Shown: piece after piece, positions 9,708 through 23,134 of the stretch
Position numbering within the stretch: the stretch's first letter is position 1
Layout of the letters: every line of letters begins with the position of its first letter
Assembly (NCBI GenBank): GCA_963723945.1
Contig: CAVRSW010000025.1
Coordinates: 6,962 to 70,961 of the forward strand
Direction of reading: 5' to 3'
DNA: 64,000 nucleotides
Source of the DNA: an uncultured Actinomycetota bacterium
Lineage (GTDB): Bacteria > Actinomycetota > Actinomycetes > Propionibacteriales > Nocardioidaceae
Notes under the pieces: generated by a model
The model's input: only the letters and a program-made list of their open reading frames with translations
What the model was told of the DNA's origin: nothing
Database searches by the model: none
Made by a program: the position numbers and the translations under genes

Positions 9708-10235
9708 ATGAGGGGGACACACATAGCACTTGCGGCCACGCTCGGCGTGGTCCTGGTCGGCGCCTCCGCCGCCACCGCCGGTTCCGGCGGCGACGACGAC
9801 TCGCGGACCAAGCTCAAGGGTTACGCGGAGGTGCCGGCGATCTCGACCACGGGCAGCGGTCGGTTCAAGGCCGAGATCGAGGACGACACGATCACCTACG
9901 AGCTGAAGTATCGGGACCTGACCGCCCCGGTGCTGCAGTCCCACATCCACTTCGGCCAGTTCTCCGTCAACGGCGGCATCTCCGTCTTCCTGTGCAGCAA
10001 CCTCGGGAACGGCCCAGTCGGCACGCCGACGTGTCCGGGCCCGTTCGAGGGGAAGGTCACGGGCGAACTGACGGCCGCGGACGTGATCGGGCCGGCAGCC
10101 CAGGGGATCACGGCCGGGGAGCTCGAGGAGCTGCTGGATGCGATCGACGCGGGTGTCGCCTACGTCAACGTGCACAGCGAGCTGTTCCCCTCGGGCGAGA
10201 TCCGGGGCCAGCTCGACGAGGACGACGACGACTGA
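9708..10235 (+). CDS. Secreted CHRD-domain protein
   Basis: Signal peptide, EVP, SHIH and YVNVHSELFPSGEIRGQ motifs; SD aggagg. Confidence 0.88.
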   Translation: MRGTHIALAATLGVVLVGASAATAGSGGDDDSRTKLKGYAEVPAISTTGSGRFKAEIEDDTITYELKYRDLTAPVLQSHIHFGQFSVNGGISVFLCSNLGNGPVGTPTCPGPFEGKVTGELTAADVIGPAAQGITAGELEELLDAIDAGVAYVNVHSELFPSGEIRGQLDEDDDD

Positions 10236-11979
<1,744 letters not shown>

Positions 11980-11990
<11 letters not shown>

Positions 11991-12717
11991 CAAGGCGCTG
12001 GACCGAGCCGGGCTTGCGGAAGTAGAGCACCAGCGACTTGCCGATGAGCGGGTCGAGCACCCGGCCGGCGGCGCGGAGCACGGCGGGCTGCTTCGTGATC
12101 TCCCAGACCAGCAGCCGGTGGTAGGCGCGGACGAGCGGGTGGTCGGCGTCGTCGACCCCGACCGCACACTTGAGCCACCAGTACGGTGCGTGCAGGCCGT
12201 GGACGTGGTCGCGCCCCTCGAGCACCAGCCCGGCCGACGCGGCCTTGGCCTCGAGCTCCTCGCTGGTGTAGATCCGGATGTGTCCGCCCGGGGTGTCGTG
12301 GTAGGCGCGGGAGAGCTTCCAGCAGATCGCCTCGGGCAGCCAGCGCGGCACGGTGAGGGCCACCGTGCCCCCGGGCCGGGTCACGCGGACCAGCTCCGCG
12401 ATCGCCGCGCCGTCGGCCGGGACGTGCTCGAGGATCTCGGCCGCGACCACGCGGTCGAACTCGCCGTCGGCGAACGGCAGCGCCAGCGCGTCGCCCTCCT
12501 TGACGTCGGCCTCGGCGCCCGCCGGCACCTCGCCGGCTTCCCGCATGGCGGCGAACCACTCGCGCACCGTGGCCAGCTCGTCGGCGTCCTGGTCGAAGGC
12601 GATGACGTCCGCACCGCGGCGGTACATCTCGTACGCGTGGCGCCCGGCTCCGCACCCCAGGTCGAGCACCCGCTCGCCCGGGCGCAACCCGAGCCGGTCG
12701 AAGTCGACGGTCAGCAC
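11980..12717 (-). CDS. Class I SAM methyltransferase; probable MMP 3-O-methyltransferase
   Basis: MLTVDFDRLG, VLDLGCGAGRH, EILEHV and GGHIRIY motifs; overlaps both neighbours. Confidence 0.8.
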
Positions 12718-13934
12718 AGCCTCTCCTCGTACGCCTCCACCACGGCCTCGGCCACGGCGTGCCAGCTGAAGTGCTCGCGTACCCGGCGCCGCCCGGCCTC
12801 ACCCATCCGGGCGCGGCGCTCGGGGTCGTCGAGCAGTGCGCCGAGTGCCTGCTCCAGCTCGCCGACGTCGCCGGGCTCGACCAGGTCAGCGCACTCGCCG
12901 TCCCGGCCGACCACCTCGGGGATCGCGCCCGCCCGCGACACGACGAGCGGTGTGGCGCACGCCATCAGCTCGGCCGTCGGGAGGCTGAAGCCCTCGTACA
13001 GCGAGGGCACGCACGCCACCTCGGCCGAACCCATCAGGTCCACCAGCTCGTCGTCGGGGAGCCCGTGCCGGAAGCGCACCGCGTCGGTGATGCCGAGCTC
13101 GTCGACGATCTGCTCGGTCCGGCCGCCGGGGACAGGGCGGGTCACGAGCACCAGCTCGAGGGCCGGCCGCTCGACCCGGAGCTTGGCGAACGCCTCGAGC
13201 AGGGTGGCGATGCCCTTCATCGGGGCGTCGGCGCTGGCCATGGCCAGGATCCGGCCGGGCACCCTCGGGACGGTCGGCGGCCGGAAGCCCTCGTCGACGC
13301 CGAGCAGGATCACCCGGGTCCGGGCGGGGTCGACGCCGAAGTCGCGGACGACGTCGCGCCGCGACGCCTCCGAGGGCGTGATCACCAGCGGCATCCGGCG
13401 GGCGATGCGCGCCTGCATCCGGACGAAGCCGTACCAGCGCCGGACCGCCCAGCGCCGGCGCCGGGTCTTCGCCTGCGCGAGCTCGATCCGTCGGTCGAAG
13501 GTGATCGGGTGGTGGATCGTCGCGACGACGGGAAGTCCGGCCCGCTCCACGTCGAGCAGGCCGTCCCCGAGGGTCTGGTTGTCGTGGACGACATCGAAGT
13601 CGTCGACCCGCTCGGCCAGCAGCCGGGCCACCCGGCGACTGAAGCTGCGGGGCTCGGGGAAGCCGCCGACGCACATCGTGAGGAACTCGCGGACGTCGAC
13701 CAGGTCGCGGAACTCCCGCAGCCGGGGCACCCGGAACGGGTCGGGCTCCCGGTACAGGTCGAGGCTCGGGACCTTGGTCAGGCCGACACCGGGGTCGAGG
13801 TCGGGGTAGGGCTGGCCGGAGAACACCTCGACGGTGTGGCCGAGCGCAACCAGCTCACGACTCAGGTGGCGGACGTACACGCCCTGGCCGCCGCAGTGCG
13901 GCTTGCTGCGGTAGGACAGCAGAGCGATCCGCAT
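12711..13934 (-). CDS. manT: GT4 glycosyltransferase; probable alpha-1,4-mannosyltransferase ManT homologue
   Basis: MRIALLSYRSKPHCGGQGVYV and PSLYEGFSLPTAELMAC (GT4 E-X7-E motif). Confidence 0.75.
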   Translation of the reverse strand: MRIALLSYRSKPHCGGQGVYVRHLSRELVALGHTVEVFSGQPYPDLDPGVGLTKVPSLDLYREPDPFRVPRLREFRDLVDVREFLTMCVGGFPEPRSFSRRVARLLAERVDDFDVVHDNQTLGDGLLDVERAGLPVVATIHHPITFDRRIELAQAKTRRRRWAVRRWYGFVRMQARIARRMPLVITPSEASRRDVVRDFGVDPARTRVILLGVDEGFRPPTVPRVPGRILAMASADAPMKGIATLLEAFAKLRVERPALELVLVTRPVPGGRTEQIVDELGITDAVRFRHGLPDDELVDLMGSAEVACVPSLYEGFSLPTAELMACATPLVVSRAGAIPEVVGRDGECADLVEPGDVGELEQALGALLDDPERRARMGEAGRRRVREHFSWHAVAEAVVEAYEERLC

Positions 13935-14036
13935 CGACAGCGATCCTTCCCCCGTGGGTACCGGTCGGTAATCGGCACCGATCATGACAGGTCGTCCCGC
14001 GCCCCCGCGCACCCGCCCGGACCGCGCCCCGGTCGG

Positions 14037-15008
14037 TCAGCTTCCCTCGCTGGAGTGGCCGGGGAAGACGTGGGCCGAGGGGTCGATGGCCACCGCGGCG
14101 TTGTTGACGGCGGTCGCCGCCTCGCCGAAGCCCACCGCGATCAGCCGGACCTTGCCGGGGTACTCGGTGACGTCGCCGGCCGCGAAGACCCGCTCCAGGC
14201 TGGTCTGCATGCTCGGCGAGACGACGACGTGCCGCTTCTCGACCTCGATCCCCCACTGCTGCAGCGGTCCGAGGTCGGCGATGAAGCCGAGCGCCGCCAC
14301 GACGGCCTGTGCGGGCCTGGCGACCGGCTCCTCCTTGTCGACGCTGATCTCCACCTCCTCCAGGACCCCGTCGCCGCGCATGGCGGTGACCTGCGCCCGG
14401 GTGATGATCTCCACCGAGCTGTCGCGCACCGCCTGCACGGTCCGCTCGTGGGCGCGGAAGGCGTCGCGCCGGTGCACCAGCGCCACCGAGCGCGCCACCG
14501 GCTCGAGGTGGAGCGCCCAGTCGAAGGCGCTGTCCCCGCCCCCGACGATCACGACGTCCTTGTCGACGTACGGCTGGAACGACGGGACGAAGAACTCCAG
14601 TCCCCGACCGAGCCAACCGTCCCCCGCGGGGAGCGGCCGGGGGCTGAACTTGCCGATGCCGGCGGTGATGATGACCGCCCCCGCGTGGACCTCGGTGCCG
14701 TCGTCGAGGCCGACCGTCACCGAGTCCCCGTGGTGCTCGAGGGTCTGCGCGGTGCGGTCGAGGTGGTAGACGGGGCGCGCGGTCGAGGCCTGCGCCACCA
14801 GTCCCTCCACCAGCTCCTTGCCCTTGACCGTCGGGAAGCCGGCCACGTCGAGGATCGCCTTCTCGGGGTACATCGCCGTCACCTGGCCGCCGAGCTCGGG
14901 CAGGCTGTCGACGATGGCGACGCGCAATCCGCGGAACCCCGCGTAGTAGGCGGCGTAGAGACCGGTGGGGCCGGCTCCGATGATCAGCACGTCGGTGTCG
15001 GTCTCCAC
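14037..15008 (-). CDS. Ferredoxin--NADP+ reductase type 2 (TrxB-like flavoprotein)
   Basis: GAGPTG, GGQVTAMYPEKAILDVAGFP, GGGDSA, YPGKVRLIAVGFGE and FPGHSS motifs; no CxxC. Confidence 0.88.
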   Translation of the reverse strand: METDTDVLIIGAGPTGLYAAYYAGFRGLRVAIVDSLPELGGQVTAMYPEKAILDVAGFPTVKGKELVEGLVAQASTARPVYHLDRTAQTLEHHGDSVTVGLDDGTEVHAGAVIITAGIGKFSPRPLPAGDGWLGRGLEFFVPSFQPYVDKDVVIVGGGDSAFDWALHLEPVARSVALVHRRDAFRAHERTVQAVRDSSVEIITRAQVTAMRGDGVLEEVEISVDKEEPVARPAQAVVAALGFIADLGPLQQWGIEVEKRHVVVSPSMQTSLERVFAAGDVTEYPGKVRLIAVGFGEAATAVNNAAVAIDPSAHVFPGHSSEGS

Positions 15009-15115
15009 GAGCCGATCCAACACCTGCGGCGGGGGCTTCTCAACCGGCGCGCCCACCGCACACCCGCCCGCCTGTCGCGCTCGGTGCCTAGGATGCGGCT
15101 CGTGGAGACCCGGCG

Positions 15116-15655
15116 ATGACCGACCCCGAGCAGGTGTGGGGCGCCCTGAGCCGCGACCCCCGGGTGCCGGACCAGGCCACGATGCGCGCCTCGGACGCCG
15201 ACCGCGACGTGGTCCTCCAGGTCCTGACCGAGGCGTACGCCGACGGCCGGCTCGACCGGGACGAGCTCGACGCCCGGACCGCCGCGACCCAGGCGGCGCG
15301 GACCGTGGGTGACCTGGTGGCACCGCTGGAGGGTCTGGTCAGCGCACGTCCCGCGGCGGGACGGGGCGCGCTGGTCCCGGCCGCGGAGCTCCAGCAGCGC
15401 GCCGTCGAGTCGTGGCGCAAGGACCGCCGGGAGGCGCTGTGGGGGCTGCTGTCCGTCTCGGCGATCGTGTGGACGCTCTGGCTGGTCACCTCCGGCATCG
15501 GCAGCTTCCCGTGGCCGGCGTTCGTGACGCTGGCGGCACTGCTCAACCTGGGCCGGATCCAGGTGCAGCGCCGGGACATCGTCCGCGAGGAGCTGCGACG
15601 CCTGGAGAAGAAGCAGCGCAAGGACCTCGAGGAGCGCCGGGAGGACGACGAGTGA
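15116..15655 (+). CDS. DUF1707 (SHOCT-like) plus 2-TM domain protein
   Basis: MRASDADRD..AYADGRLD..ELDAR motif and C-terminal IVW..FPWP TM pair. Confidence 0.85.
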   Translation: MTDPEQVWGALSRDPRVPDQATMRASDADRDVVLQVLTEAYADGRLDRDELDARTAATQAARTVGDLVAPLEGLVSARPAAGRGALVPAAELQQRAVESWRKDRREALWGLLSVSAIVWTLWLVTSGIGSFPWPAFVTLAALLNLGRIQVQRRDIVREELRRLEKKQRKDLEERREDDE

Positions 15656-16317
15656 GCACCCTGCACACGATCCGGGCCCACCCGTCGGCGGTGCTGCTGG
15701 CCGGCCAGCTGCTGGCGGTCCTGGTCTACCCGTTCCTCGGCACCTCGACAGCGGGTCGGGCGCTGCTCGGCGCCGTCGGGACGGTCCTGGTGATCGTCGC
15801 CCTCTACGCCGTGCGTCGCACCCCGGCGCTGGCCTGGATCGCGGTGCTGCTCGGAGTGCCGGCCCTGGCCTGCAACCTGCTCGAGATCGTGTGGACCGGC
15901 AACGAGGGGCTGCTGCTGGCCTCGGCCCTGCTGCACGCGCCGTTCTACTTCTACGTCTCCTACGGGATGATCCGCTACCTGTTCCACGACGAGAAGGTCA
16001 CCCGCGACGAGCTGTTCGCGACGGGCGCGGCGTTCACCGTCGTCGCGTGGGGCTTCGCCTACCTCTTCCAGGCGGTCCAGGTGCTGGCACCGGGGTCGTT
16101 CATCGGGGTCGGCGCCGACCACCGGGGGACGTGGTTCGAGCTGCTCTTCCTGTCGTTCACCAACCTGACCAGCGTGGGTCTCTCCGACATCGTCCCGGTG
16201 CTGCCCCACGCGCGGTCACTGGTGATGGTCGAGCAGGTCGCGGGCGTGCTCTACGTCGCGCTGGTGGTCGCCCGGATGGTGGGGCTGACCGTCACCCGCC
16301 CCGCGAACCGGCCCTGA
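15652..16317 (+). CDS. Ion channel family protein (Ion_trans_2-like pore)
   Basis: Several TM helices and pore helix/filter LSFTNLTSVGLSDIVP; GTGA overlap with the upstream gene. Confidence 0.8.
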   Translation: MSTLHTIRAHPSAVLLAGQLLAVLVYPFLGTSTAGRALLGAVGTVLVIVALYAVRRTPALAWIAVLLGVPALACNLLEIVWTGNEGLLLASALLHAPFYFYVSYGMIRYLFHDEKVTRDELFATGAAFTVVAWGFAYLFQAVQVLAPGSFIGVGADHRGTWFELLFLSFTNLTSVGLSDIVPVLPHARSLVMVEQVAGVLYVALVVARMVGLTVTRPANRP

Positions 16318-16324
16318 CCGGCGC

Positions 16325-16690
16325 TCAGGCGTCCCAGCCGTCGGGGCGGTGGCGCACCGGCAGCTTCGCGACCACCAGCCGGTACGACTCGTCGACGGCC
16401 TCGAGCAGCTCCTCGTCGGGGATCGCGCCGCAGAGGGCGAGGTCGTTCCAGCCGGACCGGCCGAGGTAGGCCATCACCGTGGCGTCGCCGGGATACCGGG
16501 CGAGCCACTCGTCGGCGGCCTCGCGGCTCGGTCCGCCCTTGACCCCCACCCCGTCACCGCCCAGGAAGGCGAAGATCTTGCCGGACCCCTCGGGCCCCAC
16601 CTTGATCACGGGGTGGTCGTGCTCCCACGGGTGGTCGGGCCAGGCGCCGGGCTTGGCGAGGCAGTAGGCCTGCAGGGTGGCGACGTCCAC
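16325..16690 (-). CDS. MmcQ/YjbR family DNA-binding protein
   Basis: YCLAKPGAWPDHPW, KIFAF, MAYLGRSGW and VDESYRLVVAKLP motifs. Confidence 0.85.
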   Translation of the reverse strand: MDVATLQAYCLAKPGAWPDHPWEHDHPVIKVGPEGSGKIFAFLGGDGVGVKGGPSREAADEWLARYPGDATVMAYLGRSGWNDLALCGAIPDEELLEAVDESYRLVVAKLPVRHRPDGWDA

Positions 16691-16693
16691 CGG

Positions 16694-17248
16694 TCAGTCC
16701 TCGTCGTCGTCCTCGTCCAGAAGGCCCTCACGGCGCGCCTCGGCGACGATCCGGCGGACCTGGGTGAGCGAGCCGCAGTCGTCGTCGATCTGCCGGTTGC
16801 GCTCGGCCGCGAACTGCTCGCCCAGCTCGGCCAGCACCTGCGCCCCGACCTCCTCGCGAGCGGGGTTGAGGATGGTCAGCTCCTCCTCGGTGAGGTGGTG
16901 GTTGACCACGCCGGCCAGCTCCTCGACGGCGTCGTCGAAGGCCTGGGTGTCGGTGCCCTTCAGCTCCAGCACCGCCAGCAGCGCCTCGTGGCCCTCGGCG
17001 TGCTCCTCCTCGCCGTGCTCGGCCTCGTGCTCGCCCACGGCGCGCTTCTTCCGCAGCTTCGGGTAGACGTGCTTCTCCTCGGCGAGGGCATGGGCGACGT
17101 GGAGCGCGGCGAACGCCCGGCGGACGGCGTCGCGGTCCTGGCTGCGGTCGCGCAGGTCTCGCAGCAGCGTCTCGAACCGCCGGTGGTCGTCGAGGATCAG
17201 GTCGATGACGTCACCCTGCACGGGGCGACCGAGGTCGATGGCAGTCAT
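16694..17248 (-). CDS. Hemerythrin-domain protein
   Basis: DH, HALAEE..YP, EEH and HHLTEEE motifs; TAGGCT -10 (leaderless). Confidence 0.88.
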   Translation of the reverse strand: MTAIDLGRPVQGDVIDLILDDHRRFETLLRDLRDRSQDRDAVRRAFAALHVAHALAEEKHVYPKLRKKRAVGEHEAEHGEEEHAEGHEALLAVLELKGTDTQAFDDAVEELAGVVNHHLTEEELTILNPAREEVGAQVLAELGEQFAAERNRQIDDDCGSLTQVRRIVAEARREGLLDEDDDED

Positions 17249-17326
17249 GGCTCCGAGCCTAGTCAGCGGCCGCCGGCGTGCCTTGACCCCTTGGGGTGAC
17301 GCGCGGGTCCGGGGCTCTGGATCTCC

Positions 17327-17414
17327 GATTCATCACGTGAAGCAGGCGAGTCGCGGCTTCGCACGGCGTACCCACCATGTGAAGTGCTGACTCGACCTCT
17401 TCACGTGATGAATC
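17327..17414. repeat. 88-bp imperfect palindrome with perfect 16-bp terminal inverted repeats (MITE/REPIN-like)
   Basis: GATTCATCACGTGAAG (17327-17342) and CTTCACGTGATGAATC (17399-17414); the inner arms also pair (CGAGTC/GACTCG, CTTC/GAAG). Confidence 0.8.
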
Positions 17415-17468
17415 TGCGACGCCGCGGACCGGGACGAGCCGTCGTCGGTGTGGTCGGGCGCAGGCACG

Positions 17469-17903
17469 TCAGTCGAGGCAGAACTCGTTGCCCTCGGGGT
17501 CCTGCATCACGATGTGGCCGGCGGCCATCGGCGGGCCCGGCTCGTGCCGCTCCACCCGGGTGGCACCGAGCCCGACCAGCCGCTCCGCCTCCGCCTCCAG
17601 CGCCGCCATCCGCTGCTCGCCCTGGAGCCCGGGGGCCGCGCGGACGTCGACGTGGACGCGGTTCTTGACCGCCTTGCCCTCGGGCACCTGCTGGAAGAAG
17701 AACCGGGGGCCGGCACCGGCCGGGTCCTCGCTGGCCGAGGCCATGTTGCGCAGGTGGGGCGGCAGCGTCTCGCGGAACGCGTCCCAGTCGTCGAAGCCCG
17801 GCGGCGGGGGCGGCAGCCGGTAGCCGAGGACGTCGTTCCAGAACAGCGACAGGGCAGCAGGGTCCGCGCAGTCGAAGGTCACCTGGACGGTGCGGGCAGT
17901 CAT
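17469..17903 (-). CDS. VOC/glyoxalase family protein
   Basis: QVTFDCADP, VPEGKAVKNRVHVDV and MQDPEGNEFCLD motifs. Confidence 0.9.
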   Translation of the reverse strand: MTARTVQVTFDCADPAALSLFWNDVLGYRLPPPPPGFDDWDAFRETLPPHLRNMASASEDPAGAGPRFFFQQVPEGKAVKNRVHVDVRAAPGLQGEQRMAALEAEAERLVGLGATRVERHEPGPPMAAGHIVMQDPEGNEFCLD

Positions 17904-17941
17904 GTCGTCCTACCTTTCGTGGCCGCGCGCTTCGTCGCGGA

Positions 17942-18017
17942 CGCTCACGTGGTCGCCGGCACTCGCTGCGCTCGCCCAGCTCCCGCTCACGTGGTCGCCG
18001 GCGCTCGCTGCGCTCGC
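17942..18017. repeat. Two 34-bp direct repeats (42-bp period), REP-like, next to a hairpin at about 18038-18067
   Basis: cgctcacgtggtcgccggc[a/g]ctcgctgcgctcgc at 17942 and 17984; hairpin agcactccgagc..gctcggtgct. Confidence 0.75.
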
Positions 18018-18073
18018 GCGCTCCTCGCTCGTCGGAAGCACTCCGAGCTCGTTCCTCGCTCGGTGCTCCCTCC

Positions 18074-20197
<2,124 letters not shown>

Positions 20198-20204
20198 GGC
20201 ACCG

Positions 20205-20226
20205 AGACTACGACGCACCACTGACA
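20205..20226 (-). promoter_or_regulatory. RecA-NDp / PafBC-type DNA-damage promoter of uvrB (leaderless)
   Basis: Minus strand TGTCAGTG-N8-TAGTCT, 7 nt before the ATG; matches the mycobacterial tTGTCRgtg-N8-TAnnnT motif. Confidence 0.8.
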
Positions 20227-20274
20227 GCCGTTGGCGTCGGCGGTCGGGACCGGGTCGGGGCTACCGTGCCGGGC

Positions 20275-21051
20275 ATGCCCCTGCGACTCCGCTGGAAGCT
20301 GGCCGTGGTGACCGGGGCCGGGTCGGGCCTCGGCCGCGAGCTGGCGGTGGGACTGGCCCGCCTCGGCGTGCGCGTCGTGGTCGCCGATCGCGACCCCGAG
20401 GCCGCGGCGGCCACCGCGGACCTGGTGCGGGCGGCCCGGGTGCAGGCGTTCGTGGTGCAGGCCGACCTGACCGACGAGGGCGACGTCCGGATGCTCGCCG
20501 CGCGGGCCCGGGACCTCGGCGGCGCCGACGTCCTGGTCAACAACGCCGGGGGGTGGACCCCCGGCGACGCGCAGTTCCCCGACGCACCGGCCGACGCGTG
20601 GTCCCGCACGCTCGACCTCAACCTCCGCACCCCGATGCTGCTGACGCAGCTGTTCCTGAGCGACCTTCCGGCACCTGACGACGGCACCGACGCGGCACCG
20701 GCGGTGGTCAACATCGCCTCCAGCGCGGCCGTCGGCACCGGCGGCTACGGCTCTCCCGAGTACGCCGCCGCGAAGGCGGGACTGGTCCGGCTGACCACGG
20801 CCCTGGCCGACCCGGACACCCGGCGCCGCGCGCGGGTGATGGCGGTGGTGCCCGGATGGATCGGGCTCGACCGCGCCGTGGCGCAGTGGGAGGACCTGCC
20901 GGCCGCCGAGCGGGAGCGGCTGGACCCGCTGGTCCCGCCCGAGCACGTCGTCCGGGTCGTCCTCGACCTGGTCGCCTCGGGCGAGGCCGGACAGGTCGTC
21001 GAGCTGCCCGGCGGCCGCGAGACGCTCGCCCGGACCGCCCGGGGGCGCTGA
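20275..21051 (+). CDS. Short-chain dehydrogenase/reductase
   Basis: TGAGSGLG, NNAG and YAAAK motifs; TACCGT -10 before ATG 20275. Confidence 0.88.
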   Translation: MPLRLRWKLAVVTGAGSGLGRELAVGLARLGVRVVVADRDPEAAAATADLVRAARVQAFVVQADLTDEGDVRMLAARARDLGGADVLVNNAGGWTPGDAQFPDAPADAWSRTLDLNLRTPMLLTQLFLSDLPAPDDGTDAAPAVVNIASSAAVGTGGYGSPEYAAAKAGLVRLTTALADPDTRRRARVMAVVPGWIGLDRAVAQWEDLPAAERERLDPLVPPEHVVRVVLDLVASGEAGQVVELPGGRETLARTARGR

Positions 21052-21103
21052 GGCGTCCGGCAGGGATCTTGTCGAGGCCCGCCCGGCGATGTCACGCTGG
21101 AGC

Positions 21104-21865
21104 ATGGATCGGGTCGACGCCGGACACCTCACCCGGGAGGTCATCGCGACCCCGGCTCCCCGCGGCGGGGTCGCCGGCTTCGCGGCCTGGGTCGCGCAGG
21201 AGTGCCCGCAGGGGGGCCGGGTGCTCAACATCGGCGCGGGCAAGAACCTCTCCGGCCGGCTCCGCCCGGTCCGGCGCCGTGCCGGCTGCCTGGTCGGCAT
21301 CGACCCGGACTCCGCCATCCACGACAACGACACCCTCGACGAACGCCACCAAGCCACCCTGCAGGAGTACGCCCGGCAGGACCCGGAGCCGTTCGACCTC
21401 GCCTTCTCCGTCTTCGTGCTCGAGCACGTGAGCGACCCGCGCACCTTCGTCGACGCCGCCGCGCGGGTGCTGCGGCCGGGCGGCGTGCTGATGGGACTCA
21501 CCGTCAACAAGTGGCACTACTTCGGGCTCGCGACCTGGGCGGCGACCCGGACAGGTGTGTCCGAGCCGCTGCTGCGCCGGCTGCGCCCGGCCGAGCAGGT
21601 GGCCTCCTACCACTTCGCCACCGAGTACCGGATCAACACCATCCGCGCCGTGACGTCCCACCTGCGCCACAGCGGGTTCGCGTCGGTCGAGTTCCGCTGC
21701 TGGGACCTCCCCACCCTCTACGAGCCCTACCTCCCTCCCCGGGTGCGCGGGTTCGCCACGGCGTACGACCGCTGGGTCTACCGGATCGGGTCACCCCACC
21801 TGATGGGCCACCTCACCTTCCTGGCCCGGATGCCGGACGCCGGGGCCGTCGCTGACGGTCGCTAG
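21104..21865 (+). CDS. Class I SAM-dependent methyltransferase
   Basis: VLNIGAG, GIDPD, FVLEHV and VLRPGG motifs. Confidence 0.8.
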   Translation: MDRVDAGHLTREVIATPAPRGGVAGFAAWVAQECPQGGRVLNIGAGKNLSGRLRPVRRRAGCLVGIDPDSAIHDNDTLDERHQATLQEYARQDPEPFDLAFSVFVLEHVSDPRTFVDAAARVLRPGGVLMGLTVNKWHYFGLATWAATRTGVSEPLLRRLRPAEQVASYHFATEYRINTIRAVTSHLRHSGFASVEFRCWDLPTLYEPYLPPRVRGFATAYDRWVYRIGSPHLMGHLTFLARMPDAGAVADGR

Positions 21866-21874
21866 ATTGGCCGC

Positions 21875-23134
21875 GTGCCCGTCCAGCCCTCCGCCGCCGA
21901 CCGGGTCTTCCGCGCGCTGCGCCGGGTCCTGCTCACGCTGATCGGCGTGCAGCTCGCGCTGGCGGTCGGGATGTCACTGGTCGACTCCTACCGGCGGCGC
22001 AACAAGAAGCCGAAGCCGTTCCCGACGACGCCGCCACGCGAGGTGTCCGTCGGCGACGGGACGATCACGACGTACACCTTCGGCCAGGACCTCTACGACG
22101 ACATGCTGGCCGCCATCGAGGGCGCCCGTCGCCAGGTCCTGTTCGAGACCTACATCTGGAAGGGCGACGAGGTCGGCGAGCGGTTCAAGACCGCCCTGGC
22201 GGACGCGGCCGCCCGCGGGGTCGAGGTGCACTGCATCTACGACTCGTTCGCCAACCTGGTCGTCTCGCCCCGCTTCAAGCACTTCCCGCCGTCGATGAAG
22301 GTGCTCCCCTACCCCTTCTACAACGCCGGCTGGCGGTTCCTCGACCTGCGTCGCTACGGGCGCGACCACCGCAAGATCCTGGTCGTCGACGACTCGGTCG
22401 GCTTCGTGGGTGGCTACAACATCGGGGCCGCGTACGCCACGGAGTGGCGCGACACGCACATCCGGGTGACCGGGCCGGCGGTGTGGGACCTCAAGCGGGC
22501 GTTCGCCGACTTCTGGAACCTCAACCGGCGCCGGCTGCTCGGCGCCAGCGCGCGTCCGCTGCTGCTCGAGACCGCCGCCGAGTGGGAGCCGCAGATCCGG
22601 GTGCACCGCAACGTGCCGCGGCTGTGGATGTTCCCGATCCGCGGGATGTACCTCGAGGCGATCAACCGGGCCGGGCGCAACATCTGGATGACCCAGGCCT
22701 ACTTCCTCCCCGACCAGGACTTCGTCGACGAGCTGGTGGCGGCGGCGGAGCGTGGTGTCGACGTACGCCTGCTGGTGCCCTTGAAGTCCAACCACGTGGT
22801 CGCCGACTGGATCTCGCGCGGCTACTACGCCCAGCTGCTGCGCGCCGGCGTCCGGATCCTGCGGTTCAAGGACGCGATGGTGCACGCCAAGACCGCCACC
22901 GTCGACGGCAGCTGGTCGACGGTCGGCACCGCCAACATCGACCGGCTGAGCCTCACCGGCAACTACGAGGTCAACGTCGAGGCGATCGACGAGTCGTTCG
23001 CCCGGGCGCTGGAGGAGATCTTCCAGCTCGACCAGACCAACTGCCTGGAGCTGACGCTCTCGGAGTGGGAGGCACGTGACCTCCACCGACGGTTCACCGA
23101 GGCGATGCTGACGCCGTTCCGGCCGCTGCTCTGA
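21875..23134 (+). CDS. Phospholipase D family / cardiolipin synthase-like protein
   Basis: Two HKD motifs: HRKILVVD and HAKTATVD. Confidence 0.9.
   Translation: MPVQPSAADRVFRALRRVLLTLIGVQLALAVGMSLVDSYRRRNKKPKPFPTTPPREVSVGDGTITTYTFGQDLYDDMLAAIEGARRQVLFETYIWKGDEVGERFKTALADAAARGVEVHCIYDSFANLVVSPRFKHFPPSMKVLPYPFYNAGWRFLDLRRYGRDHRKILVVDDSVGFVGGYNIGAAYATEWRDTHIRVTGPAVWDLKRAFADFWNLNRRRLLGASARPLLLETAAEWEPQIRVHRNVPRLWMFPIRGMYLEAINRAGRNIWMTQAYFLPDQDFVDELVAAAERGVDVRLLVPLKSNHVVADWISRGYYAQLLRAGVRILRFKDAMVHAKTATVDGSWSTVGTANIDRLSLTGNYEVNVEAIDESFARALEEIFQLDQTNCLELTLSEWEARDLHRRFTEAMLTPFRPLL

Noticed and set aside
17942-18017. Possible mini CRISPR array
   Set aside because: Only two repeats with an 8-bp spacer and no cas genes; REP-like instead.
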